DNA of 64,000 nucleotides from Gonapodya sp. JEL0774 (Eukaryota). The DNA lies in the NCBI GenBank assembly GCA_027604505.1, contig JADIIX010000055.1, forward strand, positions 62,001-126,000, given 5' to 3'. Each line of letters opens with the position of its first letter. The stretch's first letter is position 1. The notes under the pieces are model-generated. The model had not been told where the DNA came from, ran no database searches, and saw only the letters and a list, made by a program, of their open reading frames with translations. This document shows, in pieces, positions 40,207-55,216 of the stretch. A program made the translations under genes and the position numbers.

Positions 40207-43200
40207 CTAAAGCTCTTCACGTTCTCTCGACTCTTTCGTCGGTTTAGGTGTCCTCACCGGCTTCCCGTCAGACGTTTTAGCCGAAGGAGTAGGCGTTTTC
40301 TTCGTGTCCGAGGCCGAAGTACTCCAGGCTTTGGTAAATGGTGGTTTCTTCCTCTTTCCCATTTTAAGAATTGCGTTTTCCAGCTCACTCGCCCGATCTT
40401 CAAGCTCACGCACCGTCAAGACCGGCTTGGCATGTTTAGGGAGTTTAGCTTGCTCAGCTTCGCGCTTAATGAGCCAAGATTCAGCTGAGGCAACGAGCTT
40501 CAGAACATCTGAGATCTCTTCGTCTGTGTATAAAGGCCGGAAAACATCGATCGTGGGTGTGGCATTGGTGTTAATGGGAGACTTGGTGACCGTTGAAGCT
40601 CTTGCAGTGCTTGAATCTTGACCGTAACCCCCATCAATGTCCCCATCCAATTCTGTGTCCTCGCCACTTTCTGTAAGTGCTTCTTCTGTAGTCGCAATCG
40701 AAGCCTTTGCTGACGTCTCAGACTTCACCTTCTCCTCCTTCTTCTTTTGCTCTTCCTCCCACCTGGCTCGCGAAGACGCAACGACCGCTTTCACAGTATC
40801 TGCCCACTTTTTTGCTCCATCAATAGCTGTTCGCAGTGTTGTAATCGCCGACGGCCGACGCTGCTTCTCGTCCCGCTTGAGCTCCAAGGGCTTCCGCAAT
40901 TGCTCCAAACCATAAATCTGTTCTTTAAGCATGGAGTACACTGCATCATCACCTTCTGTGTACATCCACTCAGAAGTCACAGATATCTTTGCTTGGAGCG
41001 CCGCGCGCTCCTCACTCGTAGTGACCTCGATCACATCTTCCCGCTCAAGAAGATCTCGTGAGGAATAAATATACGCCTCCAGCCCGTTCCTGGCTTCTTC
41101 TCGCTGTCTTCGTCGGATATCTTCAGCATCAAGCGCATCAAACCGTTTGAGTGAAGCAACTTTCGCCTCAACACTCATGGGTTCGACCCCACGAGCGTCA
41201 ATTGTGAAATTGATGGCCAGTGTATCGGTGCGAAGTTCCGGTTTGGCGGATGTCTTGTTAGCTTCTGCAACGGTGGTTTCTGTGGCGTTGTCGGCATTGG
41301 CCCCTTCTTCGGTAGTCGGAGCGCTAAGTGTTTCGTCCTTAAATCACCACGTCCGTTTAGAGAGACCAAAGGGGCGAGGTGATAAAACGTTGAATCTGTA
41401 CATACCTCCTCTGTTGAATTTCCATCCTTCTTCCCAAAGAAAGAGAGCACACGGTCTGGAACATTGTGACGAGTGCGTTACAACCAGAACGTTTCAGTGA
41501 CTGACGAATTGAGAACACGCACCTGCAAATGACTTTTTTTCTTTCGTAAGTTCCACGTCCACGTACAGTGAAATGTCTTTGACCTCCACAGTACCCAAGT
41601 CCGTTAGGTGGACGAGGGCTTTCAATTTGGGTTCACCCACGATCGCGAGGGATTCATTCGCTTGAACAGCGTCGATGGAGGCAGTAAGATTATGAGTCGT
41701 GAGGGTAACAATTTTCCGGGGTCCAATGGTACTATAATTACACTTGAAACATCAGAACTGAAGAGGCACGGACTGGTAACGCCTTGAATCGGACTCACAT
41801 AGCTTCCTCATCTGTGTAGCCATACTCCAAGCTCCATTCAAAATCGCTCGTGCGTTTGAAGTTCATGAGTTTTTGAGAGTTGAGGGTCCCGTTATTACTG
41901 AACAGCTTCACGCGGTAATTCTTGGTGCTGCCATCCTCCAGCGGCTCCGAGTCGTAAACGGCTACGACAGGATAGGACGCTACATCGCGCACGCGCATCT
42001 TATTCACCACACGGAAAGAACGAGAGAGGGTTGCTCCATGATAGACTGCGCCCATTACGGCAGCTTCATCCGAGTTGACGTTCTTGGCGAGCTTGTCTCT
42101 GAGAATATTTGTAGCAATATTCGGTGAGATAGAGCGCTTTTGGATAACGAGGTGATGCGTACTTACTCGCCCACGAGTGCTTTCAAAGCGGATTGGACAG
42201 CAGGCACCCGAGTGCACCCACCGTGGAGAATGACGGAGCCAATATCACCCTGACATATTGAGGTTGTTAGAATTATCCACTAAGTACAATATCACAGGAT
42301 TTCAAATGGCACAGTACGTACCGGCCCAAGATTCGCTTTTCTTAAAACGTCTTCAATGGGCCCCGCGGCACGCTCGATGAGGTCCGCTGTAAGGGATTCG
42401 AAATCGCCACGAGTGATCCGAAGGCGGAAATCCAGATCATCCATCACGTTTTCAATCTAGTTGGATGGAGAAAACAGTGTGCGTGTATGTGGTAGCAATC
42501 TCCCCAGAAACTTGATTGGGGGGACTCACCGACGCAAACGTTTCAGAATTAGCGCTCAGAACTTCCTTGACCTTTTGAGCCTCGCGCAATAGCTTCATCA
42601 TCGCTCTGTGATTTTTATACACCTTTTTGGTGTTTCCATGCTTCTTGTCAAATTGCTCCGCGAGGTACTTTTGCACTCGCAAATCAAAGGCGTGACCTCC
42701 CAACGTCCGATCAAACCCAACAGATTCAACAACAATCTCCTGAGACGGTGAAGCGGACGACTTCGTTTTGGCGTTGGTGGGAGACTTTTGGAACGACACG
42801 AGGGAAGCAACGGTCGACGACGCGCCGGCATCGTAAAAGATGTGGTATGTGGGCTTTGAATCATCGGCAAGATCACGGTGGCGATTCATGGCAAAGTTTA
42901 TGGCGACTTGCGGCACAAGGGGAACGATATGTCGACTGCATTACTGAAGAACGGTTGTCAATGAAAGGCTTCAAAGTTGCTCACCGGCCACATCGTCATG
43001 AATCAATCCCAACACGTTCAACCCAGCAAGTTCTGCCGCATCGAGGAGTGCTTGACGCTCGTATTGGTTGAAGAACCGGGGGACCTTTAATGAGTGTTGT
43101 TGTCTAAAGTTGAGCTCCAGCATCAAGCTTCACTACAAGAATCCACCGGCGAATATTCACCGTCAAGACACAATCTTTCACCACCTCCCCGGCCGCAGCC

Positions 43201-43794
43201 TCGGCCTGGTCCCGCGCATGCTTTAACTGCATAGCGACGATTTCCTCAGCTGTGTATAGGACACTCTGAACGTTCCCCTCCGCGTCAATCTCTTCGTGCT
43301 GAAAAGCCACCGTGCCACGCAGTCCATCGATAACCATTGTGTTATCAAAGGTCTCACGGTATTCCGACGAGATCGGGTCATCAAACGTTCGGCCGAGGAG
43401 GGGTTTCACCGCGGGGTACGCATCATGAGGAAGACGAACAGCCTGGAAGATAATGATAAGTTTATCGACCATCCACAAGACTGAGAAAACAGTTCGTGAT
43501 GGCAGCATTGACATCTCGTACCAGGTTGATGGCCTCTGTCCCGAAAAGTCGTTCCCTGCCCTTGATTACAACCAAGCTCTTTGTTTTCCGCTTGCTCTCC
43601 GAGTTGAGAACGACATCGAATTTAACTCCCTGACCGGGCTTTAGTAGGGCTGATTTGAACCATTCCGCGCCGTAGTCGATGCCGAGAACGCCGGCTGCAT
43701 GGACCGATGAATGATGGTCGAACGATGGGAGAGAGAACAAGAAAAGAAGAAGAGCGCAAAGGATCATCGAAGAGTAGGCGTGTGGATTGGCCAT
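40207..43794 (-). CDS. LHS1: ER lumenal Hsp70 nucleotide-exchange factor Lhs1/HYOU1/Grp170
   Basis: Signal peptide, 'VLGIDYG.EWFK', 'LNSESKRKT', 'IFYDAGA', 'FDRTLGG', 'KEVLSAN', '[12 protein letters not shown]', '[12 protein letters not shown]'. C-terminal REEL, a KDEL-like ER retrieval signal. Confidence 0.93.
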
Positions 43795-44965
43795 CGATCA
43801 ATGCTGGTTTCAGCTACTGATGTGTGTGTGTTGTCAGATGTTCTTCCTCGTCTACGATTGAATTGCGCGGCCTGTGATGTATATTTCCAGAGGATTGCTT
43901 GCCGCAGATCCTTGGCTACCCCTGCGGTGGAGGGTATTCGTATCCAGTTTGAATGCAAGCAACCGACGAATGGTGTGGAACGTGTTCGGGCCTTCCGTCA
44001 ATCGCTTGTGCTGGCAAATCAGACCCCATATTCAAATTCTGCTCGATTACGAGATTCAAAGAACAATATTATTGTCATAGTTCGCATACTCAGCTTTCGA
44101 AACTGTGAGAATACGTAGAAGTTGATCTAAAGATAACTCCAAAACAAACCCAAACGAGCCTACTCTCCTGCACAGCGCAGGCGCCCACTATACAGTCAGA
44201 GGTGCGTAGCATTGTTCAGAGACTTGCAAAATGAATGGAAATGTGCAGTATACACTCTCTCTGCCGGGCATTCTCCGACCGAACGACTCCACCAAAAAGG
44301 TATGAATTGACCATGTCGAGTACTATCGCCAAAGAGTCATTTCTGGCAAAAGGGTTCCATTGAAGTGTAAATTGACTCATGTCATTGCGATGTTATCAAG
44401 TTGACATGGCGTGTAGCAATGGTATGCACCGGTGGATAACCGGAATCAAACGACAATAACGGCCGATGTCGCCGACTTGGTTATCAAAAAATGCGCAAGG
44501 TGATACTCTTGCCTTCTTCGACTTAGACCGTCAAATTGAATTGATACGCGGGAAGAGGGATGTTTCACATGAACGTCGGCCGCCGCGATGACCTTGGCAT
44601 GACGAATCTTTCCCCAATCCCTATTAGCCTGCTCAAGATAACAATTGGGCTACTCTCATCATCATCTATCGCACTTTTGTGGTGACTTCTCTTGCTCAGT
44701 GCATACCGATTATTGATTAAATTGATTAAAGTATTTGGTGGGCAGACGTTCCTCCCCCAGTTGAAAAATCCTGGACAGATTTTGCCTGCTTTGATAATGC
44801 TTTTTCATCTCTTCTGTGCAATGATTGAACCGGAACCAAAAGAGGTGCGGCAAATATGCATGATGGCGGCTGCGCCACTTCGAATGGGCATCGGGGTTCT
44901 TGAGCGGGCTCGCAGAAACAGCCCGCACACTCACACTTTTCAAACCATCTAAACCTCATTCCAAA

Positions 44966-47098
44966 ATGTCTCTCAAAACCATTCCCGGCGTTCAAGTTCT
45001 TGCCAATGTCACTCCCGTCCAGGCTGAGATCCTCTCCCTCGAGGCCCAGGCTTTCCTCGCCAACCTCCAACGTGCCTTCAACACGCGTCGGAAGGAACTC
45101 CTCCACCGACGCACCCAGCGCCAAGCTTACCTCGACAAGGGCGGCCTCCTTGACTTCCTCCCCGAAACAAAGGCCATTCGCGAGGACCCCAGCTGGAGGG
45201 GCGCTCCACCTGCCCCCGGCATGGTTGACAGACGCGTGGAAATCACGGGCCCCGTCGACCGGAAGATGGTTATCAACGCTCTGAACTCAGGAGCTTCGAC
45301 TTACATGGCTGACTTCGAAGGTACGTCCTGAACTTGTTGCTGCCTTTGCTTTTGTCGAGCCCAGACTACTCTGGCGGGAAGGAAGGCATGACTCGCCGCT
45401 GGTGTCCCATCAAAGGTCCAGCACGCATGGTTGAATAATCTTAAGTATTCGATTCTTGTACTTAGATTCCAACGCTCCTACCTGGGAGAACAATATCCAA
45501 GGTCAGGTGAACCTGCGAGATGCGAACGAGCGGACTATCTCGTTCACGGATGCTGCTCGCGGCAAGTCGTACAACCTCAGGAAGGACGGAAAGCTCTCTA
45601 CTCTTATTGTACGGTAAGTCAAAGTCTCGTTTTGATGTTGATGGCTGCCTGTTTAGCGGTCTGTCACCTTTCCGAACTCTTATCACGTGATTCTGATCTT
45701 TTTTTCGTTGAACCTTCTCCTTTCACCGTTACCAACCACGCAACGGACGGAACTCTTATCGATGACAGCCCCCGTGGATGGCACTTGGAGGAGAAGCACG
45801 TTCTCATTGATGGCCAGCCCGCTTCCGGATCGATCTTCGACTTTGCTCTCTACTTCTTCCACAACTGTCGCTCTTCGATCGCTAACGGCACCGGACCGTA
45901 CTTTTACCTTCCCAAGATGGAGTCTCACCTTGAAGCCAGGTACTTTGATTGTTCCTTCGGAGTGAACCCTTTTCGTCCCGATGTCGTCATTCCCATGACT
46001 CACGTCATGTCTCCCACCAACATATTCCACACTCGCGCCGACGCGGTTCCGAACACACACGAAGGCTCTGGAATGATGTGTTCAACCTTGCTCAGGACAT
46101 GCTTGGTGTTCCCCGTGGCACCATTAGGGGTACAGTCCTCATCGAGACCATCCCCGCAGCCTTTGAGATGGAGGAGATCATTTACGAGCTCCGCCAGCAC
46201 TCTTCTGGTCTTAACTGCGGCCGATGGGATTACATCTTCTCCGTCATTAAGAAGTTCCGTTCCAACCCTGCCTTCATCCTTCCCGACCGCGGTGACGTCG
46301 GGATGACGGCCCCCTTCATGGACGCCTACGTGCGTCTCCTCATTCAGACCTGCCACAAGCGGGGTGTGCACGCCATGGGCGGCATGGCTGCTCAGATTCC
46401 CATCAAGGACGACGCGGCGGCGAACAATGCGGCAATGACCAAGGTCCGAAACGACAAGTTGAGGGAGGTCAAAGCTGGTCACGACGGAACCTGGGTTGCG
46501 CACCCAGACTTGGTCAAGATTGCCATGGAAATCTTCAACGAACACATGCCTTACCCCAACCAGGTGAGTGTTGCGATATCTTGTGAGATGATTTTGCGAT
46601 GTCAGGCGACCAAATTGTGTTCTCAAATGTTACTAGCTCTTTGTCCTCCGCGAGGATGTGACCGTCACCGCCGCCGACCTCCTGAACACGAAGGCTACTG
46701 GTGGTAAGATCACTGAGACCGGCATTCGCGGAAACGTTGAGGTGGCACTACGCTATATGGAGGCCTGGTTGAGCGGCAATGGCTGTGTCCCCATTCACAA
46801 CCTTATGGAGGATGCCGCCACTGCTGAAATTTCCCGCTCGCAGCTGTGGCAATGGCAGAAGAACGCTGCAAAGACCGCAGAGGGCACTACCGTCACGGTG
46901 GACTTTTTGGCCCGGATTCTGGACGAGGAGACGAGCAAAATCCGCAAAGCCATGTCCGAGGCCAATTACAAAAAGAGCAAGTTCGAACAGGCCAAGAAGT
47001 ACCTCGCCGGCACTATTTTGACGGAGAACTACGCCGACTTCTTGACAACACTGTGTTACGATGATTTGGTCACGATCAACAAGCAACCCAGGCTGTGA
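44966..47098 (+). CDS. MLS1: Malate synthase A (glyoxylate cycle), with C-terminal PTS1-like PRL
   Basis: '[30 protein letters not shown]', 'RPRGWHL', '[16 protein letters not shown]', '[11 protein letters not shown]', '[11 protein letters not shown]', '[10 protein letters not shown]', '[19 protein letters not shown]'. Ends QPRL*. Confidence 0.97.
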
Positions 47099-47178
47099 AA
47101 GAAAGGTTATGGGCAATCGTTCCAGTGGGGGATGAGTGTGCAATCTTGGATTGTTGTATTCTAGCAAATAAATCACGT

Positions 47179-49310
47179 TCATTCCGTGGCGCTTTCCTTC
47201 GTGTCCATTCCCAACACAACCTCTCTCCATACTTGTTCCACCCAAGATCTGTTGACGTCTTCTTCACAATTGCACACTGCGTCGCTATCATGATCATGTT
47301 CGGGCTTTCCAGGTTGTTCATGGTTCCTTTGTTCAAAGAGCCCCCGCCCAATCACAACTACTTTAGTGTCCAATCGTACGGCAGATCCTTCACTTAAGTT
47401 TTCTGTGATTGGCAAAGGGTCCCCGATCTCGTATGTCTCCCTCACAGCCTGCACAACAACTCTGTGGGGTAGGGGCTGGGTCGTTGACGATGATGCGCCT
47501 TCCGAGTGAGAGTCTTGAGGCTCGGAGACGGCATGCGGCAATATAGTTGCCAGGGCCTTGAGTCGAAGAACTTCGCGCGTGGGAATATTTGCCTCCGAAT
47601 GGTTGGAAGATGACTCCAAAGGCGTGAGAGCAGTACTGGAATCCCACAATACACGCTGAAGAAACTTCTCCAGTCGGGCCAGAGGAATAGGACGGTCGTG
47701 TCGGAGTGTTAGCGGACGGACTGTCTGTGATTGCCGGGTATGAAGCTTGCTCAGTGCCTAGACTTCACTTGACCGTAATGGAAACAAACACCACTCACTC
47801 CGTCATGGACTGTCCACCTCCCGTCGGCACCACTACCAATGCGAGTACCGGCACTTTTAGCGGCACTGTCAGCGAGTTGGATACGGTGTGTGAGATCGGA
47901 CGATGGTAGAGCTGCCGAGGGAGATGTGTCGTAGGCACGAAGGGAGAGGAGGACGGGTAGCGGGAGTCTGTTCATCACGAACGCCGAAAAACATAGGAAC
48001 CGAGTTAGAGAAAGGTTTCGCAGGTTGAACAGATGGGAGGCGCTCCATCGATGCGGTCTTTCTGACCCTGCATGCTCAAACCATCAGGGGAGCCAGCTCA
48101 CCTGCCCCTTTCACATCTTCTCACTGCCGCTACGGGATTTGCCTCCTTCACCCACGCTTCTACCCTCTCCACCACCTCCTCGGACGCAACATCACATTTG
48201 TTGATTGCCACCCCGTCCGCCCCACCAATCTGCCTCCACCATTCCATTTCCTTGCTGCTTCTTGCAGCGGTGGAGGCGTCCACAACACACCATACACCGG
48301 CTAGAACGAGAGGAGAAAGGAGGGGAGCGTCCAGCCACAGGGATGGAAGCAGAAGGGTCGGGTCGGCCATGCCCGTCGTTTCGAGAAGAAGATGTGTGAG
48401 AGGAGGGTCTCGGGGAGTGGAGAGGAGGGCTTTTGTGAACGATTGCGTGGATGAAACGAATGTATGGAGTTACGATGCACGGAGTTAGGCGATGCGGCAA
48501 GATGAGAACGACTGAATGATCCTGTCATCCAGCACGGACTAGGATACAGTGAAGCCCGCGTATCTAGTACTTTTGGTGCTTGGTCAGTGAGACTTACTTT
48601 CGATCGCCTGAATAGTTGGACCCCTGGTGATAGAAGAGGAGAGGTGGTTGAGTCAGATAGGCGGAATATGCCCCCACAATTCCTGCATCAACTCTGGAAA
48701 CAAAACTCCTCACTTGAGAGTGCAGCACATGCAGCCATTCGGCAACTCGATCCATTCTTCGGCAATGGGGACATCACTCATGATGGGGTCCGTGTTCGCA
48801 GCTCCGTCTTCATTCTGTGGTTTTGCACGACTAGCAACTTGCAGGGCAGGTTGTTCGATGCCGCCAGAGTCGCCAAACTCGTTGAGAATGACGGCGATCC
48901 GTTGGCCATGTGGAGACTGCAGCGCGAGAGCGTCACACGAATGGCAACGATACCGTACCGGGTAAATCATCAGCAACAATTGCGAGCGCTCGACGAATTT
49001 TGAGGAGGGTACTCGCGGTGAGAATGTGGTTGAGGAGAGTAGTTTTTCCAGCTCCAAGGTATCCCGTGATGATCGTTAGCGGGACTCGGCGCTGAGGCAT
49101 TGAGCAAGAAATGGCGTCATTGGCATGAGTAGTCGTAGGTTCAGGTGTAGAGTTGGTGACTCCCGGTGTGATGTCCGCAGATGTTTCATGTCCAGCAGAA
49201 GATGGCGCAAATCCTACTGTACGTTCGGCCATCTCCCCTTCTGGATCCAGCTCGATTAGATCCGGCGCTTCGTCGCTCAGGTCTTCGCTGAAAACGGGTG
49301 TATAAGACAT
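47179..49310 (-). CDS. ZNG1: CobW/COG0523 Zn-regulated GTPase metallochaperone (ZNG1/CBWD)
   Basis: 'VPLTIITGYLGAGKTTLLNHIL', 'IAVILNEFG', 'ELPNGCMCCTLK', 'LETTGMADP', 'VVDA', 'INKCD', and a CobW_C region 'VLRLKA...VQAVRETYE...KVVVIGRGL'. Confidence 0.9.
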
Positions 49311-49656
49311 TGTTCTTGCTGTGGGGATCGTGGAATCGTGACCGGCACAGGGTTACACGTATTCTGAATATTTCTTGACACTCCGATACAAGAGCGATCG
49401 ACCGTAGTAATCAGAGTTATACCACGAGTTTACGAGTCTCTCAGAGCTCAACTACAATAGAGTTCCTTCACGGAGTCACCGTTCGTCGAATACTCGCTTT
49501 GAACGAAACTTGTCGTATCAGTATCAATTGTATCTTCCCTTGCCACATCAGAGCGGATTGCAGACATGGGGATATTCGGGGGAAAGTGTCGGGTGTTAGT
49601 TTCTTCATTGCAATCCCACCTCACTTACAGACACACGGCACCACCAAATTGGTATA

Positions 49657-52519
<2,863 letters not shown>

Positions 52520-52976
52520 GAATGATTATTCTTGTTGAAATTACATTCATGGGAATGTCCATCATTTCAATAATTGTTCCAAGAAGCTTGTCCTAAAGGG
52601 TTCATGTGGTGGGGGCTAGCTGTCGCCTTAGGTAGACGATCGAAACCATAACACAAACTCATTTAGTCTCCGGCGTTCGTGAGACCTTTGTATCGTCTTG
52701 GGATCGTTTCCAAGGATCAGGCCGGTGCTTGACCGCGGAGAAAACGCCCAGGGGCAGACCCAGCACATTGTCGTGGGCGGTTGCGCGGTCACGTGTGGAC
52801 AAGAAGGGCTGAATGTACGCATCCGGCTAGCCGAACATCGTTTCGCCCTGAGTATCCCGTTGGGGCTTACGCTGGACATTCTCTCTGTCTCCGGGCGTGC
52901 GCTATGCTGTTGCAGCTGCTCTGTCGTGTTTCATTTCACATTTATTTTCGTGTCCCAGTCCGTGGGATCCGGTCGT

Positions 52977-54959
52977 ATGACATCCTCGCCGGCAACTCGA
53001 TTCCAAGGAAAGGTTAAGTTCTTCAAGTGCGTCTCAGTAATTCGGATACACCGTCAAACCCTCGAGCTCCCCGCACTGACACACCAATCCCTTCAATGCC
53101 TTTTTTTTGTCCTCCTCCCAACCAAACAGTACCCAGAAAGGTTACGGGTGAGTTCCCAATCCTGTATCTTCGTTTTCTCTCACGTACGATCGTTAACAGC
53201 AAACATTTTCTTTCTTCTCATGTTCTATCGTTCCCATGTGACCTATCGCACGCCTATGTGATTCCGATGAATGGGACGTGTAGCTTTATAATACCCAATG
53301 ATCCTTTGGAGCAATCTAATCCTGAAGGTATGAGTGAGTGCGGCAACACACAAGATATGGTTTACCGCTCCATAACTTGGGCGAGTGAACGAGAATGCCA
53401 TTGCACGGACTCAAGGATAACTCTGTTGCTCATATGTGATAATTGGAGATCATGTCACAGCGTTTACCTTCTCATTGTGCATTCATCCAACCTCTTGCTT
53501 TGTTGCACCAATGTATTCACCACTTCGCCTGTCTAATGGCCACAACTACGTTATTGACCTTAGTCTTTGTCCACCACACCGCTATACTCTCGTGAGTGCC
53601 ACGCACGTTTTGAGATTTATGCTGGATTTAACTGTCCGACGAACAATTTCCTTCGTTCAGGGGAGGTTTCAGGTAAATTGGCACCAAAATTTTTGTCGCT
53701 GATCGTGCTGATTCTTGATTGAATTATTAGGAGCTTGGCGGAGGGTGAAGATGTGAGTCAAAAGTTTGGGAAGCGCCGCACCAGTCGAAATCCTTTAAGT
53801 TCCAACAATAACGAAGTTTGCTTTACGACTTAGGTCGAATTCGATGTCTGTAAGTCGCTCAAAGATCGTGGTGCGTTCTTACGGTGGCGGTGTTCCTGAC
53901 CCATCTTTCCGGTTTCAAGTCCGCGGTCCAAAAGGATTGCAAGCTTCAAACGTGACTGGTGGGCGATTTGCACCACAATCTACTCTTTGCTCTCTTCTGT
54001 AATAAATATTTGTGTACTCTTTATTCAGGCGTTGGTGGTATTGCCGTGAGAGGAGACCCTAAGGTTGCGTTTCGAGGCTCCATGCCCATATCGAGGCCTC
54101 CTTACTTTTACCCACCGGGCCAAGGTATGTTGTAGTGGATTTGCTAGCGATGCAATAGATGAAACACTCAGCTCTTTGTATGTGACACACGCCACCAGCT
54201 GCGTACGTCATCAACTCGCCTGGCATGGGGTTTGTGTATGCCGGCTCACCCCCAACCACATTCATATCGAGTCAGGCTCTGATTTCTCCAGCGTCATCAC
54301 CCTCATTTCCTGGATCTCCGCCGATGTTATCCAGTGCATCGCCCATGTTGCCTCCGCAAGCTATGATGGGGGGCCCATCTAGCCCAACGTCAAGCTACAG
54401 TGGTATCCCCATGTATGCCCTCCCTCGGGGTGGATTCGCACAGTTTACGCTTCCCGGGCCTGTGCGCGCAGAGTCACCTGCTGGCCCTCAATCTCCGTAT
54501 CTCACAGGGGCAGAGCTTTCTCAGTATCACCTTCTCCAGATGCAACCCCGTATGCAACCACTGTCACCGCCGCCGACCCAGACTCTCATGCAGGCATCGC
54601 CCCCTCCGCTTCAGGGATTGCAACAGGCTCCGTACGGCATGTCCGGTGGGTCCAATCCGAGACCTCTGAGGTACTCACGTGGCAGCCACAGCATTCCCGG
54701 AGGCGGAGGAATGTATGAAGCACAGTCTCCACCACCCCTTGCGGGACCGGTTTACGGGTATCCCCCACCTGCACCTGCCTCTCGAGGGGCTTCTGGTGGA
54801 GGGGGATTACCTCCATTGGGACCGAACGCATCCGCAGAGGAACATTCTGGAAGATCGGAAATAGACCTGAGGTTTGAGCAATTGACCATATCAAAATCGG
54901 ATGGGGAAACTGACAATTCCACTGCCAGGAGGGACGAGGTGGAAACTGTGAAAGAGTAA
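52977..54959 (+). CDS. Cold-shock domain (Y-box/CSP-type) RNA-binding protein with a Pro/Ser-rich tail; 10 exons
   Basis: Spliced: MTSSPATRFQGKVKFFNTQKGYGFIIPNDPLEQSNPEVFVHHTAILSGGFRSLAEGEDVEFDVFRGPKGLQASNVTGVGGIAVRG. RNP1 (KGYGFI) and RNP2 (VFVH) are intact, and all junctions are GT-AG and in frame. Confidence 0.9.
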
Positions 54960-55216
54960 TAAGTTAAGACAAGGCGCTGGAGAGAATGGAAACACTCCGA
55001 GTGACAGATGCGAAGAATGGAAGAGCGGCGGGTGACTTGGTGTATGCGAAGAATGGAAGAGCTGGCTGGTGTAACGCAGGTTCCTGGTTGGTATGGCGCC
55101 GGCTTGTGCGAGGGGTAAGGAGGGTAGCTACTACTCGATGAGAACACAGAGAAGACTTTATGTCCACAAACGTTCGGACTAGATGCAACACGCTGTATTT
55201 GTGAGCCAGATGGCTC

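Noticed and set aside
44100..44965. CGG/CCG motifs upstream of malate synthase as carbon-source-responsive elements
   Set aside because: No good match to the known consensus, and not distinguishable from background.
47096..47104. Cryptic peroxisomal targeting by stop readthrough in malate synthase
   Set aside because: The stop context is TGA AAG rather than the TGA CTA readthrough motif, and a PTS1-like PRL is already at the normal C-terminus.
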